The notes: generated by a model from the letters alone, not told the origin. A stretch of 64,000 nucleotides of DNA from a bacterium (GCA_965204535.1 CBDBEV010000001.1:1248001-1312000), one strand, 5' to 3'. Shown: positions 30,267 through 43,232, numbered from the stretch's first letter. Made by a program: numbers and translations.

Positions 30267-31172
30267 TTACTTTCTCTTCGGCCTCGTTCCCATGGCGTTC
30301 AGGAACGACTCGAAGACCGCGTTGAAATCCGCATCTTCGAGGCCGAGCGCCATGGCGGAGGTGTATTGCTGCCGCGCGGCGGCGCCCAGGGGAACGGGTG
30401 CGCCCAAGTCGTTCGCCTCGTTGATGCTGAGCCCGAGATCCTTGAAGCTTATCCCCAGGTTCGCGATGACGTCGGAATAATCGCGCGCCGCCATCGTCGT
30501 GCCCTTGTAGTGGATGAGCAGGGGAATCACGCTGCCTTGTAAGAATTTCATCATTTTGGGCGCCGTCAGCCCCGCCTTCATCCCGAACGCCAGGCCCTCG
30601 GCCATGCCGGAGTGGTGGATGTTCAGGATGTGGTTCGTCACCAGCTTCATGATCAGGCCGTTGCCGGATTTCCCCATGTAGGTGATGGACTTGCTGAAGG
30701 CGTCGAGCACGTCGCGGTGTTCCTTGAGCGCGGCCTGGTCTCCGCCCACGATGGCGGCGACTTCCTTGCGCTCCAGGTGCGGAATGCTTCCGCTGACGGG
30801 CGCGTCCAGAAAGGCGATCCCCTTTTTCTTGGCCGCCTCCGCGACCTCTTTCGCCAGGCTGACGGTGCTCGTCGAAAGCTCGAAACAGACGGCGCCGCGC
30901 CGCGCCGTCTCGAGCACGCCCTTGGAACCCAAGTAGACGTCTCTCACGACGGCGGGCGAGGGGAGCGAACTGCACACCACGTCGGCGCCCTTCACCGCTG
31001 CTGCGACGGTTCTCGCGGTTTTGGCGCCGTTTTTCTTCGCAGTAGCGATGGCTTTCGCTGAGGGATCGTAGCCCGTGACCGGGAAACCGGCGTCGACCAG
31101 GTGTTTCGCCATCAATCCGCCCATGCGGCCCAGACCCAGGAATGCGATTTTTTTCGTTGCCTTGCGCGCCAT
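30267..31172 (-). CDS. NAD(P)-dependent beta-hydroxyacid dehydrogenase paralog
   Basis: FLGLGRMG, DAPVSG, MKLVTN, FKDL; closely similar to 29288..30193. Confidence 0.92.
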   Translation of the reverse strand: MARKATKKIAFLGLGRMGGLMAKHLVDAGFPVTGYDPSAKAIATAKKNGAKTARTVAAAVKGADVVCSSLPSPAVVRDVYLGSKGVLETARRGAVCFELSTSTVSLAKEVAEAAKKKGIAFLDAPVSGSIPHLERKEVAAIVGGDQAALKEHRDVLDAFSKSITYMGKSGNGLIMKLVTNHILNIHHSGMAEGLAFGMKAGLTAPKMMKFLQGSVIPLLIHYKGTTMAARDYSDVIANLGISFKDLGLSINEANDLGAPVPLGAAARQQYTSAMALGLEDADFNAVFESFLNAMGTRPKRK

Positions 31173-31181
31173 TTTTCTCTC

Positions 31182-32060
31182 CTATCTTTCGATCCCGAGC
31201 AGTTTCAGGGGGTTGTCCACGAGTATTCTTTCTCGAACGCTCTCATCCGGCGCCCAGTCGAGCAGTTGATCCAGCAAGTCGCCGTCGTTCGGCATCGGTA
31301 TTTTGCAAGCGGGGTGTGGCCAGTCCGTGCCCCAGATGATGCGCTCGGGCGCTGCTTCGATGAGCGCGCGGGCGACGGGGTCGACATCCGAGTAGGGGGT
31401 CTGCTTAAGGCCCGTAATGCGGTATGCACCCGTGAGTTTCACCCAAGTTCGGCCCTCTTTGAGCAAGTCCATGAATTCCTGGAGTGGCCCCAGACCCTCG
31501 GCCGCCGGGACGTAGCCCATGTGCCCGAAAACGCTGTGAGCGGGGAGGGCGGAGAAGGTTTTCCTGAGATCGGGGAATTCATGAACGTGGATGAGGAACT
31601 CCATGTGCCAGCCCATGTCCTCGATGCGTTCGCCCATCGCCTGAACGTCTGCGAACGAGTCGAAGGGATTCCCGCCCTTGTCCGCCAGATTGATGCGTAA
31701 GCCGCGAACACCCGCCTCGTGAAGGCGCGTCAACTCCGCCTCGCTCACCTCCTTGTCCACGGAGGCCACGCCCATGAGCCGCCCGCCCGAGCGGGCCATG
31801 GCGTCGAGCATGGCGGTGTTGTCGACCCCGTAGACGCTCGGCTGGGTGAGGACGCCGCGCGCCACGCCGAGCGTACGGTGGAGGGTTTCATACGCATCGA
31901 GCAGGGCGTCGGGAGGCGTGTAGCCCCTTCTGGGGGAATAAGCGTATTTACTCTCGGGACCGAAGATGTGTCCGTGGGTGTCCCAGGCGCCGGCGGGGAG
32001 CTCGAAGCGGGGCGCTCTGGGCCGGGGATCAGGCGGCGGGCAGGGAAGCATTTCCGGCAT
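31182..32060 (-). CDS. Amidohydrolase, 2-pyrone-4,6-dicarboxylate lactonase (LigI)-like
   Basis: AWDTHGHIFGP, QPSVYGVDN, WVKLTGAYR, WGTDWPHP. Confidence 0.88.
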   Translation of the reverse strand: MPEMLPCPPPDPRPRAPRFELPAGAWDTHGHIFGPESKYAYSPRRGYTPPDALLDAYETLHRTLGVARGVLTQPSVYGVDNTAMLDAMARSGGRLMGVASVDKEVSEAELTRLHEAGVRGLRINLADKGGNPFDSFADVQAMGERIEDMGWHMEFLIHVHEFPDLRKTFSALPAHSVFGHMGYVPAAEGLGPLQEFMDLLKEGRTWVKLTGAYRITGLKQTPYSDVDPVARALIEAAPERIIWGTDWPHPACKIPMPNDGDLLDQLLDWAPDESVRERILVDNPLKLLGIER

Positions 32061-32071
32061 TCCGTTTCCCT

Positions 32072-32371
32072 CTAGTGGAGGTCGCCCTCGCGGCCGTAAA
32101 GCTTGTGGCGCGGGCGGCCCGCCAGAATCTCCGCCTTTCCCCAGTCCGTAACGGCGCGGAAGGCATCGCTCCTGATGAAGGCCATGAAGTCTTCCTGCGC
32201 CTTCCACTCCGAGAGGATGGTGTAGGAATTGGGATTTTTCACCTGTTGATACAAAAGGCTCTGAACGTGGCCGGCCTGCCCTTCGAGGGCGCCTGCCACG
32301 GCCTCGAATTTCTCTTCGAATTCCTTCTCCTTGCCCGGCAGCACTTCATAGTACATCCCCACGGTGATCAT
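32072..32371 (-). CDS. Antibiotic biosynthesis monooxygenase (ABM) domain protein
   Basis: MITVGMYYEVLPGKEKEFE...ILSEW...FIRSDAF. Confidence 0.85.
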   Translation of the reverse strand: MITVGMYYEVLPGKEKEFEEKFEAVAGALEGQAGHVQSLLYQQVKNPNSYTILSEWKAQEDFMAFIRSDAFRAVTDWGKAEILAGRPRHKLYGREGDLH

Positions 32372-32402
32372 GTTTCACTCCTTGCGCGACGCCGCTTCGG
32401 CG

Positions 32403-33269
32403 TCATAGATATTCACGTTCCCACGTCTGGATTTCCGAGATGCCAAGGGCGTCGTTGTATTCCTGGAAAGTGGCCATCATTTCGCGCGCCGAGCGCGTGG
32501 AGCCTTCCTCTTTCAGAATCCGCAGCACGTCGTTCACCGCTTTCAAATACGTGCAGCGCACGATGCCCGGGTAGATGAGGACGCCGAAGCCGAGTTCTCC
32601 GAGTTCATCCACGCTGAGGGCCGCCTCGCGCCTCGATTCATCCAGCGTGGTGACGTGGGGCGGGGGAACCTCGGCCCCGATTTTTCGGAGTTCCTCCTCC
32701 GTGCCTTCCACCTCGATGAACGTAAGGTCGGCCCCCGCCTCCTTATAGGCGACGGCCCTGTGGATCGCCTCGTCCAGCCCGTGGTCGGCGGCGGCGTCCG
32801 TGCGGGCGAGGATGAGGAAATCTTCGCTTTGTCGTGCATCGAGAGCCGCCTTCAGCTTGCCGAGTTGTTCTTCCAGCGAGATGACGGGAACCGAGCCGGG
32901 CAGGAAGCCGCATCTTTTGGGGGTGATCTGATCCTCGATCTGGATGCAGGCGACGCCCGCCGATTCGAGTTCGCGGACGGTGCGGATCATGTTCACGGCG
33001 TTGCCGTAGCCAGTGTCGGCGTCCGCGATGAGGGGAATCGAAGTCGCCTGTACGATGTTCCGGCAAACGTCGGCCACCTCGCGCAGCGTCATGAAGCCTA
33101 CGTCGGGCTTGCCGAGGAGCGCCGCCGAGGCGCCGTTGCCCGTCAGATAGTTCACCTCGAACCCCGCCTGCTCCACCATGCGCGCGCTGAAGGCGTCGAT
33201 GCAGGCGGGAGCGAGCACGGGCCGATTTTCTTCTAATAGCGCCCGGAGGCGCGCACCACGATCGTTCAT
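32403..33269 (-). CDS. Isocitrate lyase/PEP mutase family enzyme (PrpB-like)
   Basis: DAFSAR, IADADTGYG, IEDQITPKRCGF, ARTDA. Confidence 0.9.
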   Translation of the reverse strand: MNDRGARLRALLEENRPVLAPACIDAFSARMVEQAGFEVNYLTGNGASAALLGKPDVGFMTLREVADVCRNIVQATSIPLIADADTGYGNAVNMIRTVRELESAGVACIQIEDQITPKRCGFLPGSVPVISLEEQLGKLKAALDARQSEDFLILARTDAAADHGLDEAIHRAVAYKEAGADLTFIEVEGTEEELRKIGAEVPPPHVTTLDESRREAALSVDELGELGFGVLIYPGIVRCTYLKAVNDVLRILKEEGSTRSAREMMATFQEYNDALGISEIQTWEREYL

Positions 33270-33412
33270 GGCGTTATCCCTCGAATAAGTGGAGAGCAAG
33301 TTATTCGGAAGTTCTCCCACCACCGGCCCCGTGTCAAGCGAGCCTTGTGTTCCGCGTGATCCCGGGGTTAGAGTAGTCCTTGCCTCCACGAGAAACACAA
33401 GGTTCATATTCC

Positions 33413-34189
33413 ATGCCGATAAAACGCTCTCCTCGAACCGAGCCCGAAGAGATGGCGGCCCTCGCCCGCGCCGTCGAGCGTTCGCTGGCGGAAGGCGGAA
33501 GAGGTCTCCATCACCTCAACACGCCGCTGGGTCGCGCTAGTTACCTGCGCAAAGCGGATATCGTGAAAAACCTGAAACCCGACGGCGGCAGGTTGCTGGA
33601 CTGGGGATGCGGCTACGGGCATATGTCTTATTTGCTGAGAAACCGGGATTTCGAGGTCGTTTCCTATACCATCGAGGCGGAAGAACCCTCTCCTTCGAAC
33701 TCCTTTCTCCGTGAACAAGACCTCGATGTCGTTTACGGTGAGGACTCCGTTCGGCTTCCCTTCGGGGATGAATCGTTCGACCTCGTTTTGTCCTGCGGCG
33801 TTTTGGAACACGTCGAAGACGAGAGCGGATCGCTCGCAGAAATTCGGCGCATTTTGCGTCCCGGGGGACTGTTCGTCGTGATGATGCTTCCCAACGTGTG
33901 GAGTTATGCGGAATTCATGGCGAGAAACGTCTTCCGCGCAAGTGATCACGACCGGCGCTATACCATGGAAACGATGTGTCGACTCCTTGCCGGGTTCGGT
34001 TTCCGGGCGGTCGAGACGTGGTACTCGAATATCCTGCCGAAGAATTTCACCCCTTTGCCGGAAAGACTCAGGCAATCGCTCGGAGCGCATCCGCATATAT
34101 GGCTCAGGGTCGAGGCCGGGCTCTCCAAAATTCCTCCCGTTTCCTGGTTCGGCGGGGTCGTTGAAGGCGTTTTTGTGCGCTTATCATGA
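33413..34189 (+). CDS. Class I SAM-dependent methyltransferase
   Basis: LLDWGCGYG, LPFGDESFDLV, VLEHV, RILRPGG. Confidence 0.9.
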   Translation: MPIKRSPRTEPEEMAALARAVERSLAEGGRGLHHLNTPLGRASYLRKADIVKNLKPDGGRLLDWGCGYGHMSYLLRNRDFEVVSYTIEAEEPSPSNSFLREQDLDVVYGEDSVRLPFGDESFDLVLSCGVLEHVEDESGSLAEIRRILRPGGLFVVMMLPNVWSYAEFMARNVFRASDHDRRYTMETMCRLLAGFGFRAVETWYSNILPKNFTPLPERLRQSLGAHPHIWLRVEAGLSKIPPVSWFGGVVEGVFVRLS

Positions 34190-34436
34190 GGATAGATGGA
34201 AAGGCGGGCCCGGCCCATGGAAAGCGAGCCATCGTGGGTGGAAGTCTTGATAGCCTGAAAGATGCCGCATGCGTCTTGCACTTTTCCTGAGAGGCCGCTT
34301 TACTGGAATACCTGCGCTCATGGGACCCACCAATTTTCTGGGATGAGAGTAAACGGAAATTCCAGGGTTTCCGAAATATGGCAGCCAGAAAACGGGCATG
34401 ATGCGAGGCATGCGCTATCGACATGGGCGGGTCATC

Positions 34437-35552
34437 ATGCGCGTTTTTATCATTTCCCGTTTCTGCGCGTCGCCGGTTTATCGGGCGAAGATCGCCGCGC
34501 TCGCCCGGCGGCCCGGATTGGAAGTTTCTCTGCTCGTACCTGCGGCGTGGAAAGAAGGCGCGCGGTTGCTCACCTGCCGGGAGGGTGAGGAAGAGGACTA
34601 CCGGATTTTCACCGGCCCCTTGATTTTGAGCGGCAGGGTGGGCGGTCACGTCTACCTCCGGGGACTCTGGAAAGCGCTTCGGGAAGCAAGGCCGAACATC
34701 GTCCACATGGAGGAGGAATCCTACAGCTTCGCCGCGGCACAGGTGTTGCTTTGCCTGTCTATGCTCAGGACGCTTCCGAAATTCATGGTCAACAACTCGG
34801 AGAATTTCGATATCGCTCTCCCCTGGCGCTCCCGTAAGATCGAAAAGGTCGTTTTTCGCCGCGCGGACGCGCTTTTGGTCTTTGCCCGTACCGCCCGGGA
34901 GAGGCTGTTGCGCATCGGCGCACCGCCGCAAAAAGTGCGAGCGCTGCCCCAGTTCGGGCTGGACCCGGAGCTTTTCCGCGCCCCCGAACCGGGTGAGCGC
35001 GGGGATGTGTTCAGCGTCGGGTACCTCGGGAGGCTCGTTCATGCGAAAGGAGTCGACGTTCTCCTGAGAGCGCTTGCCGGCCTTTCGGGGGAGTGGAAAG
35101 CGCAGATCGTAGGGGATGGGGATGAGCGTGAGACGCTCGATCGGCTGGCGCGCGCGCTCGGGATCGGGAAGCGGGTGGAATTCGTCGGCTGGGTCGATCC
35201 CTCCGACGTTCCCGGATATTTGCGGGGGTGGCATGCGCTGGCGCTTCCATCGAGGACGACGGCGCACTGGAGAGAGCAGTTCGGCCGGGTGCTGATCGAG
35301 GCGATGGGTTGCGGCGTGGTTCCCGTGGGAGCGGCCACGGGCGAAATCCCGCACGTCATCGGTTCGGAGGGGTTCGTATTTCCAGAAGATGATGCGGAAG
35401 CTCTCCAGGAAATTCTTCAGAAACTGCAAAACGAACCCCGAGCGCGCGAACGACTGGCGGATGCGGGCCGCAAAAGAGCGCTCGAAGAATTCACCTGGGA
35501 TGTGCTGGCCGGGAAGGCCCATCATCTCTATAAAAACATTCTGGCGGGGTGA
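34437..35552 (+). CDS. Glycosyltransferase family 4
   Basis: GRLVHAKGVD, EQFGRVLIEAM. Confidence 0.92.
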   Translation: MRVFIISRFCASPVYRAKIAALARRPGLEVSLLVPAAWKEGARLLTCREGEEEDYRIFTGPLILSGRVGGHVYLRGLWKALREARPNIVHMEEESYSFAAAQVLLCLSMLRTLPKFMVNNSENFDIALPWRSRKIEKVVFRRADALLVFARTARERLLRIGAPPQKVRALPQFGLDPELFRAPEPGERGDVFSVGYLGRLVHAKGVDVLLRALAGLSGEWKAQIVGDGDERETLDRLARALGIGKRVEFVGWVDPSDVPGYLRGWHALALPSRTTAHWREQFGRVLIEAMGCGVVPVGAATGEIPHVIGSEGFVFPEDDAEALQEILQKLQNEPRARERLADAGRKRALEEFTWDVLAGKAHHLYKNILAG

Positions 35553-35669
35553 TGCGAGCGGGGTGCATATGTCGCGGGAGTAGCGTGTAGGAGAGGAATT
35601 TCCGCCGAGGGGCGAAGCGCGCTATATTCTGTGGTATCTGTTGGATTGAAATTTTTTTGAGAGCGCACG

Positions 35670-36977
35670 ATGAACAAGTCGGAAAACGCAGGAATGCGCG
35701 AATCGCCCCATGACGTGGCGCATTTTATCGATGAGGCTCGCTTGCGCGTGCCTCCCAGAACCGCCGCGCCCTCGATGAGAGAGGCGCTCAGGCCGGAGCG
35801 GGGCCGCATACTTCCCGTTTTCGAGCGCAGCTATCACTATAAGAGATTTCCGGCGAGATGGGCGTTTCGTGCGGTCGACCTGCTGGGGGAGACTTTTTTT
35901 CGCAAGACGAGAGAACGGCCTACGGCAATTCGCCGCGTTCTTTTGGTGCGCCCCGACCATATCGGCGACGTCATCTGCACGCTGCCCGCAATCCGTGCGA
36001 TCCGCGACAGCCTGCCGGACGCGCAAATCGACCTCCTGATTCGCTCATCGGCCCGTTCTTTGTTCCGGGATGTTGACGAAGAGTTGGCGGGGGTGGATTT
36101 CCTCGTTTTCAATGCGTCCTGGCGCGACAGGCCGAAGAGGAAGAAATTCGGCTTTCACTCGCTGCGCCGTCTGAGGCGGCTGCTGAGGCTCAGAGCCGAG
36201 GAAATCGACGGGCCTTACGATCTGGCGGTGGATTTTGCGGGCGATTTTCAGTCGATCATTGCGGCCAGGCTCGCCGGCGTGCGCTATCTGGTCGGGCGGG
36301 GCATCAGGGGATTCGGCTTCGGTCTTGACGCGGAGGCCGAGGAGTTCCCCAAACGTCACCAGGTAGAGTTCAATTTAGACATGCTCGAATATGCGGGGCT
36401 GGGTCCGTTCGAGACGAAAAACCCCGCGCTGACGCTTTCTGAAGAAGAACTGGCCGAGGGACGCGCGTGCATCGCCTCGCTGACGGAGGACCCTTCGGGA
36501 TCTTTCATCGGGATTCATCCGGGAGCCGGGGGAGTGGAAAGAATCTGGAGTCCGCAACTATATGGGGAGTTGATCAGCCGGGTCGTCTCCACGCTTCCCG
36601 TCCGGGTCCTGTTGCTGGGCGGGCCGGATGATCGGCAGGTCGTCGATGAGACACTCAAATCCATGAAGGGTGTTCGCGTGCGGGGCACCATTATTGACAT
36701 GTGCGAGAAAGTTCAGCATCTCCGTTCACTCATGGGGGTGATGAAGGCCTGCCGCTTGTTCATCGGCAACGACTCGGGTCCCACCCATATCGCCGCGGCG
36801 CTCGGCCTTCCCGTGATTTGCATCTTCCAGGGCCCGGCCGAGCCGAGCGTATGGGGGCCGCGCGGCCCGAATGTGTTGGTGTTGCGAAAAAGTCCCTCTT
36901 CTACAGGCGATACCCACAAGGACAAAGAGAATCAGGAACTCGAGCGCGTCTACGAGGCGGTGAAGAGATGCGTATAG
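35670..36977 (+). CDS. Glycosyltransferase family 9 (heptosyltransferase-like)
   Basis: RPDHIGDV, IHPGAG, GNDSGPTHIAAALG. Confidence 0.92.
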   Translation: MNKSENAGMRESPHDVAHFIDEARLRVPPRTAAPSMREALRPERGRILPVFERSYHYKRFPARWAFRAVDLLGETFFRKTRERPTAIRRVLLVRPDHIGDVICTLPAIRAIRDSLPDAQIDLLIRSSARSLFRDVDEELAGVDFLVFNASWRDRPKRKKFGFHSLRRLRRLLRLRAEEIDGPYDLAVDFAGDFQSIIAARLAGVRYLVGRGIRGFGFGLDAEAEEFPKRHQVEFNLDMLEYAGLGPFETKNPALTLSEEELAEGRACIASLTEDPSGSFIGIHPGAGGVERIWSPQLYGELISRVVSTLPVRVLLLGGPDDRQVVDETLKSMKGVRVRGTIIDMCEKVQHLRSLMGVMKACRLFIGNDSGPTHIAAALGLPVICIFQGPAEPSVWGPRGPNVLVLRKSPSSTGDTHKDKENQELERVYEAVKRCV

Positions 36978-38098
36978 GCGTTGACGCCCGGATGATATCG
37001 ATGGGCGGCATCGGCACCTATTTGCGAACCTTACTCGCCGGGCTGGACAGGCGCGATGACGATGTGGAATACGTCGTGTTTCTGCAGGAAAGGGACATGG
37101 ATAGCTGCGCGGGTCTGGGTAGTAATTTTAGGCGAGTGGTTTGCGCGGCGGCGCCCTATTCGTTTGCCGAGCAGGTGAAACTACCCCGGCTATTGGGGCG
37201 TGAGCGTCTGGATTTAATACATCATCCGCATTATTTCACGCCTTTTTTCGGCAAGACGCCCATGGTGGCGACGATTCATGACTTGATCCATCAATTGTTC
37301 CCGGCGCTTTGCCCCTCACCGCTGCATTGGCGCGCTTCGAAATGGATGATTGCGAGAACGGCGCGGCGGGCGCGTCTGATCCTCGCCGTTTCCGAACACA
37401 CGAAAAGAGACATCATGGAGCACGTGGGCGTCGCAGATGAAAAGATACGCGTTACGCACAACGCCCTGCCGCCCGGCTGGGAGGATGGGCGCGCGCCCAG
37501 GCCCGAAGCCCTGGAAAAGATCGGTGATGCGCCTTATTTCCTGTATGTGGGAAACCACAAACGGCACAAGAATCTGCATCTGCTGCTTGACGCTTTCGCA
37601 GACCTGTTGCAGGAAACGAGCGGGATTCGCCTCGTCATGACGGGTGAGCGGAAGAGTCTCGAAAGTGTTTTACGCTTTTTGGGACTCGGCGAGGAGGTGG
37701 TGTTTCTGGGACAAATGCCCCAGAAGACGCTGCCGAATGTTTACCGCTCCGCGTTGGCGCTGGTGTTTCCTTCCCATTACGAGGGTTTTGGCTATCCTCC
37801 CCTGGAGGCCATGGCCTGCGGCGCGCCGCCGATCGTGTCGGATGCAGGAGCCTTGCCCGAAGTGGTCGGCGACGCAGGCCTGATCGTTCCGCGGGGGGAT
37901 AAGGACGCCCTGCGAAACGCGATGTTGCGCGTCTTGAGGGAGCCGGACCTTCGGGACAGCCTCGCCGAAAAGTCGAAGGAGCGGGCGCGCTTTTTTCACT
38001 GGGAAAAACTCGCCGCCGAAACGCAGCGCGCCTATCGAGACGCCCTTTTGCATTCGCCCGGGAGGATTCCCGCCTCGCCATCCGTTTTCAGATCGTGA
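36968..38098 (+). CDS. Glycosyltransferase family 4
   Basis: MRIGVDAR..GGIGTY, TIHDLI, EGFGYPPLEAMACG; overlaps the stop of the previous gene. Confidence 0.92.
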   Translation: MRIGVDARMISMGGIGTYLRTLLAGLDRRDDDVEYVVFLQERDMDSCAGLGSNFRRVVCAAAPYSFAEQVKLPRLLGRERLDLIHHPHYFTPFFGKTPMVATIHDLIHQLFPALCPSPLHWRASKWMIARTARRARLILAVSEHTKRDIMEHVGVADEKIRVTHNALPPGWEDGRAPRPEALEKIGDAPYFLYVGNHKRHKNLHLLLDAFADLLQETSGIRLVMTGERKSLESVLRFLGLGEEVVFLGQMPQKTLPNVYRSALALVFPSHYEGFGYPPLEAMACGAPPIVSDAGALPEVVGDAGLIVPRGDKDALRNAMLRVLREPDLRDSLAEKSKERARFFHWEKLAAETQRAYRDALLHSPGRIPASPSVFRS

Positions 38099-38114
38099 GA
38101 TTTCAGGGGCAGAC

Positions 38115-39311
38115 ATGCGGGTAGCGATCGTGCACGATTGGCTCACGGGCATGAGAGGCGGGGAGAAATGCCTCGAGGTATTTTGCGAGATATACCCGGA
38201 GGCGGATATCTTCACGCTGTTTCACCAGCCGGGTTCGGTTTCTGAGGCCATCGAGCGGCACCGCATCCATACCAGCCCCTTGCAGCGGATTCCCGGCGCC
38301 AGGCGGCGCTATCGTTATATGCTTCCCCTCATGCCGACGGCCGTGCGGATGTTCTCCCTCGTTGATTACGATTTCATTCTTTCGAGTTCTCATTGCGTTG
38401 CGAAAGGAGCCAGGGGAAGCTATGAGGCCTACCATCTCAGTTATTGCCATACGCCAATGCGCTACGCCTGGAGCGGTTATGAGGCGTATTTCTCGCGCTT
38501 AGGCGGCGCGGCCAAATGGTTTTTCCCTCACCTCGTCGAGTACCTGAGAAGATGGGACAACGAAGCCAACAGGGGAGTGCATGATTTCATTGCCAACAGC
38601 CATACGGTTGCGGAGCGTATCCGCAACTATTACGGCAGGCAGGCGGAGGTGCTCTACCCGCCGGTGGATACGGAGTTCTACCGCTCCCGAAACGAGCGTA
38701 TATCGGATTACTACCTGATGGTAACGGCGTTCGCACCCTATAAGCGTGTCGATGCGGCAGTCGAGGCCTTCGGGCGGCTGGGCCGCCCGCTCAAGGTGGT
38801 GGGGGAGGGGCAGGATTTCGACCGCATTCGCGCATTGGGAAAACCGAACGTGGAGTTCTTGGGCCATCAGGATGATGAAACCATCCGCGAGCTTTACGCC
38901 GGGTGCCGCGCCTTCATCCTGCCGGGCGAGGAAGACTTCGGCATCACTCCGATCGAGGCGCAGGCGTGCGGCCGTCCGGTTATCGCCCTCGGCGCGGGCG
39001 GCGCGCTCGAGACCGTCGTGGGCGTGAATGCGCAGGAATATGAAGCGCCGCCGGGCTTCATCCCATGGAATGAGACGGGGGATGAGGAAGCTGTGCCTAC
39101 GGGAATGTTTTTCTCCGGTTCGGAGCCGACAGATATCGAAAAAGCCGTCGTGGCGTTCGAGAAAATGGAAGATCAGTTCTCGCCTGAGGCCGCGCGCAGG
39201 CAAGCGGAGCGATTCGCTCGCGAGAATTTCAAGAAAGCGGCAGCGGAGCGTTTTCGGAGGGGTTGGCTGAATCACCGCGAACGCTTGGAAAAATCGGGTG
39301 AAACATACTGA
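38115..39311 (+). CDS. Glycosyltransferase family 4 (mannosyltransferase-like)
   Basis: VHDWLTGMRGGEK, YCHTPMRYAW, EDFGITPIEAQACG. Confidence 0.93.
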   Translation: MRVAIVHDWLTGMRGGEKCLEVFCEIYPEADIFTLFHQPGSVSEAIERHRIHTSPLQRIPGARRRYRYMLPLMPTAVRMFSLVDYDFILSSSHCVAKGARGSYEAYHLSYCHTPMRYAWSGYEAYFSRLGGAAKWFFPHLVEYLRRWDNEANRGVHDFIANSHTVAERIRNYYGRQAEVLYPPVDTEFYRSRNERISDYYLMVTAFAPYKRVDAAVEAFGRLGRPLKVVGEGQDFDRIRALGKPNVEFLGHQDDETIRELYAGCRAFILPGEEDFGITPIEAQACGRPVIALGAGGALETVVGVNAQEYEAPPGFIPWNETGDEEAVPTGMFFSGSEPTDIEKAVVAFEKMEDQFSPEAARRQAERFARENFKKAAAERFRRGWLNHRERLEKSGETY

Positions 39312-39399
39312 GCAATAGAGTAGTAGTGATAAGATAAGGTTGCTTGACGGCGCCTTGCACGAGGAACTTTTGGCCAGACCCGACAAGGAACATCATGTC

Positions 39400-40788
39400 G
39401 TGTTGCGCAGATACGGCCAATTGAACGTACTTTTTCTGTTGGGGGGAGACGTCATCGCCCTGATTGCGGCCTGGTTCATGGCGTATTGGCTTCGTTTCGT
39501 CGCGGAGATAGTTCCCGTTCCCTTCGGGTATCCCGATTTCATTGTTTATCTCGCTTCGCTTTTCTTGATATTGCTCATCTGGCTCATCGCTTCGGGCATT
39601 ACGCGTTTGTACCGGTACCGGGCCGGTCTTCATCATACTCAAGAGATCATCCGGCTCACCGGCACGTTTGTCTGGACGGTACTGTTGTTCGCCTTCTTCA
39701 CGTTTTTCTATCGCAAACAAAGCTACAGCCGATTGTTGGTTGTTCTTTTCATTATGCTGGGGCCTGTTTTTCTTTTTTCGGTCCGGCGTCTGGTCTGGTC
39801 CTTCATTCGACACTTGAGGCGTCGGGGCGTGGACATGCGGCGCATCCTCATCGCAGGAACAACGCCTATCGCCCGGAGGGTTGCCGCTCATTTGGAGACG
39901 TATCGATATCTTGGCTTTCAGGTCGTGGGACACCTCTGTGAGGGAGATACCGCAGAAGACGCGCTCCTGCTGGGGAAGTTGGAGGAGGTGCGCGAAATCG
40001 TGGCGCAAGAGAGAATCCATGAAGTATACGTGGCGCTTCCCCCGAGTTCGCGCACCGCGCAGGAGGCGTTGCTGAACACTCTGGCGGACTCGAGCGTCGA
40101 TGTCCGCCTGGTGCCCGATATTGTCGAACACATGCGGCTGAACGCCGGGATCGAGGAACTCGACGGCTTGCCGGTGATCCTGTTGTCACAGACGCCCCTT
40201 TCGGGCTGGAATCGATGGATGAAAGTAGTGGTGGATTATTTTCTGGGGGCTTCGGTCTTGCTCGTTTTGAGTCCGCTCATGGTGGTCATTGCGCTCGTCG
40301 TGAGGTGGACGAGCCGGGGTCCCGTTCTGTATCACCAGGAGAGAATGGGCCTGGACGGCGTGCGGTTTCGCATGTACAAGTTTCGCTCCATGAGGATAGA
40401 TGCGGAAAAGGAATCAGGCGAGGTCTGGACGAGGGAAGACGATGAGCGGCGTACCCGATTCGGCGCTTTCTTGAGAAAGACGAGTCTCGATGAGTTGCCG
40501 CAATTGTTCAATGTGTTGCGCGGTGAAATGAGCCTCGTGGGTCCGAGACCCGAGCGTCCGGTTTTCGTGGAGAAATTCAGATCGTCTGTTCCCGATTACA
40601 TGCTGCGTCACAAGATGAAATCCGGAATAACAGGCTGGGCGCAGGTGAACGGATGGCGCGGAAACACGTCGATAGAAAAAAGGATCGAATTCGATTTACA
40701 CTATATTGAGAACTGGTCCTTGGGTCTTGATGCCAAGATTTTATGGCTCACCCTCTGGAAGGGGCTGATAAACAAAAATGCGTATTAG
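39400..40788 (+). CDS. Undecaprenyl-phosphate glucose phosphotransferase (WcaJ-like)
   Basis: N-terminal TM helices; KFRSM, LDELPQLFNVLRGEMSLVGPRPER, GITGWAQVNG. Start uncertain. Confidence 0.92.
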   Translation: MLRRYGQLNVLFLLGGDVIALIAAWFMAYWLRFVAEIVPVPFGYPDFIVYLASLFLILLIWLIASGITRLYRYRAGLHHTQEIIRLTGTFVWTVLLFAFFTFFYRKQSYSRLLVVLFIMLGPVFLFSVRRLVWSFIRHLRRRGVDMRRILIAGTTPIARRVAAHLETYRYLGFQVVGHLCEGDTAEDALLLGKLEEVREIVAQERIHEVYVALPPSSRTAQEALLNTLADSSVDVRLVPDIVEHMRLNAGIEELDGLPVILLSQTPLSGWNRWMKVVVDYFLGASVLLVLSPLMVVIALVVRWTSRGPVLYHQERMGLDGVRFRMYKFRSMRIDAEKESGEVWTREDDERRTRFGAFLRKTSLDELPQLFNVLRGEMSLVGPRPERPVFVEKFRSSVPDYMLRHKMKSGITGWAQVNGWRGNTSIEKRIEFDLHYIENWSLGLDAKILWLTLWKGLINKNAY

Positions 40789-40800
40789 ACGGCATGATGG

Positions 40801-43232
<2,432 letters not shown>

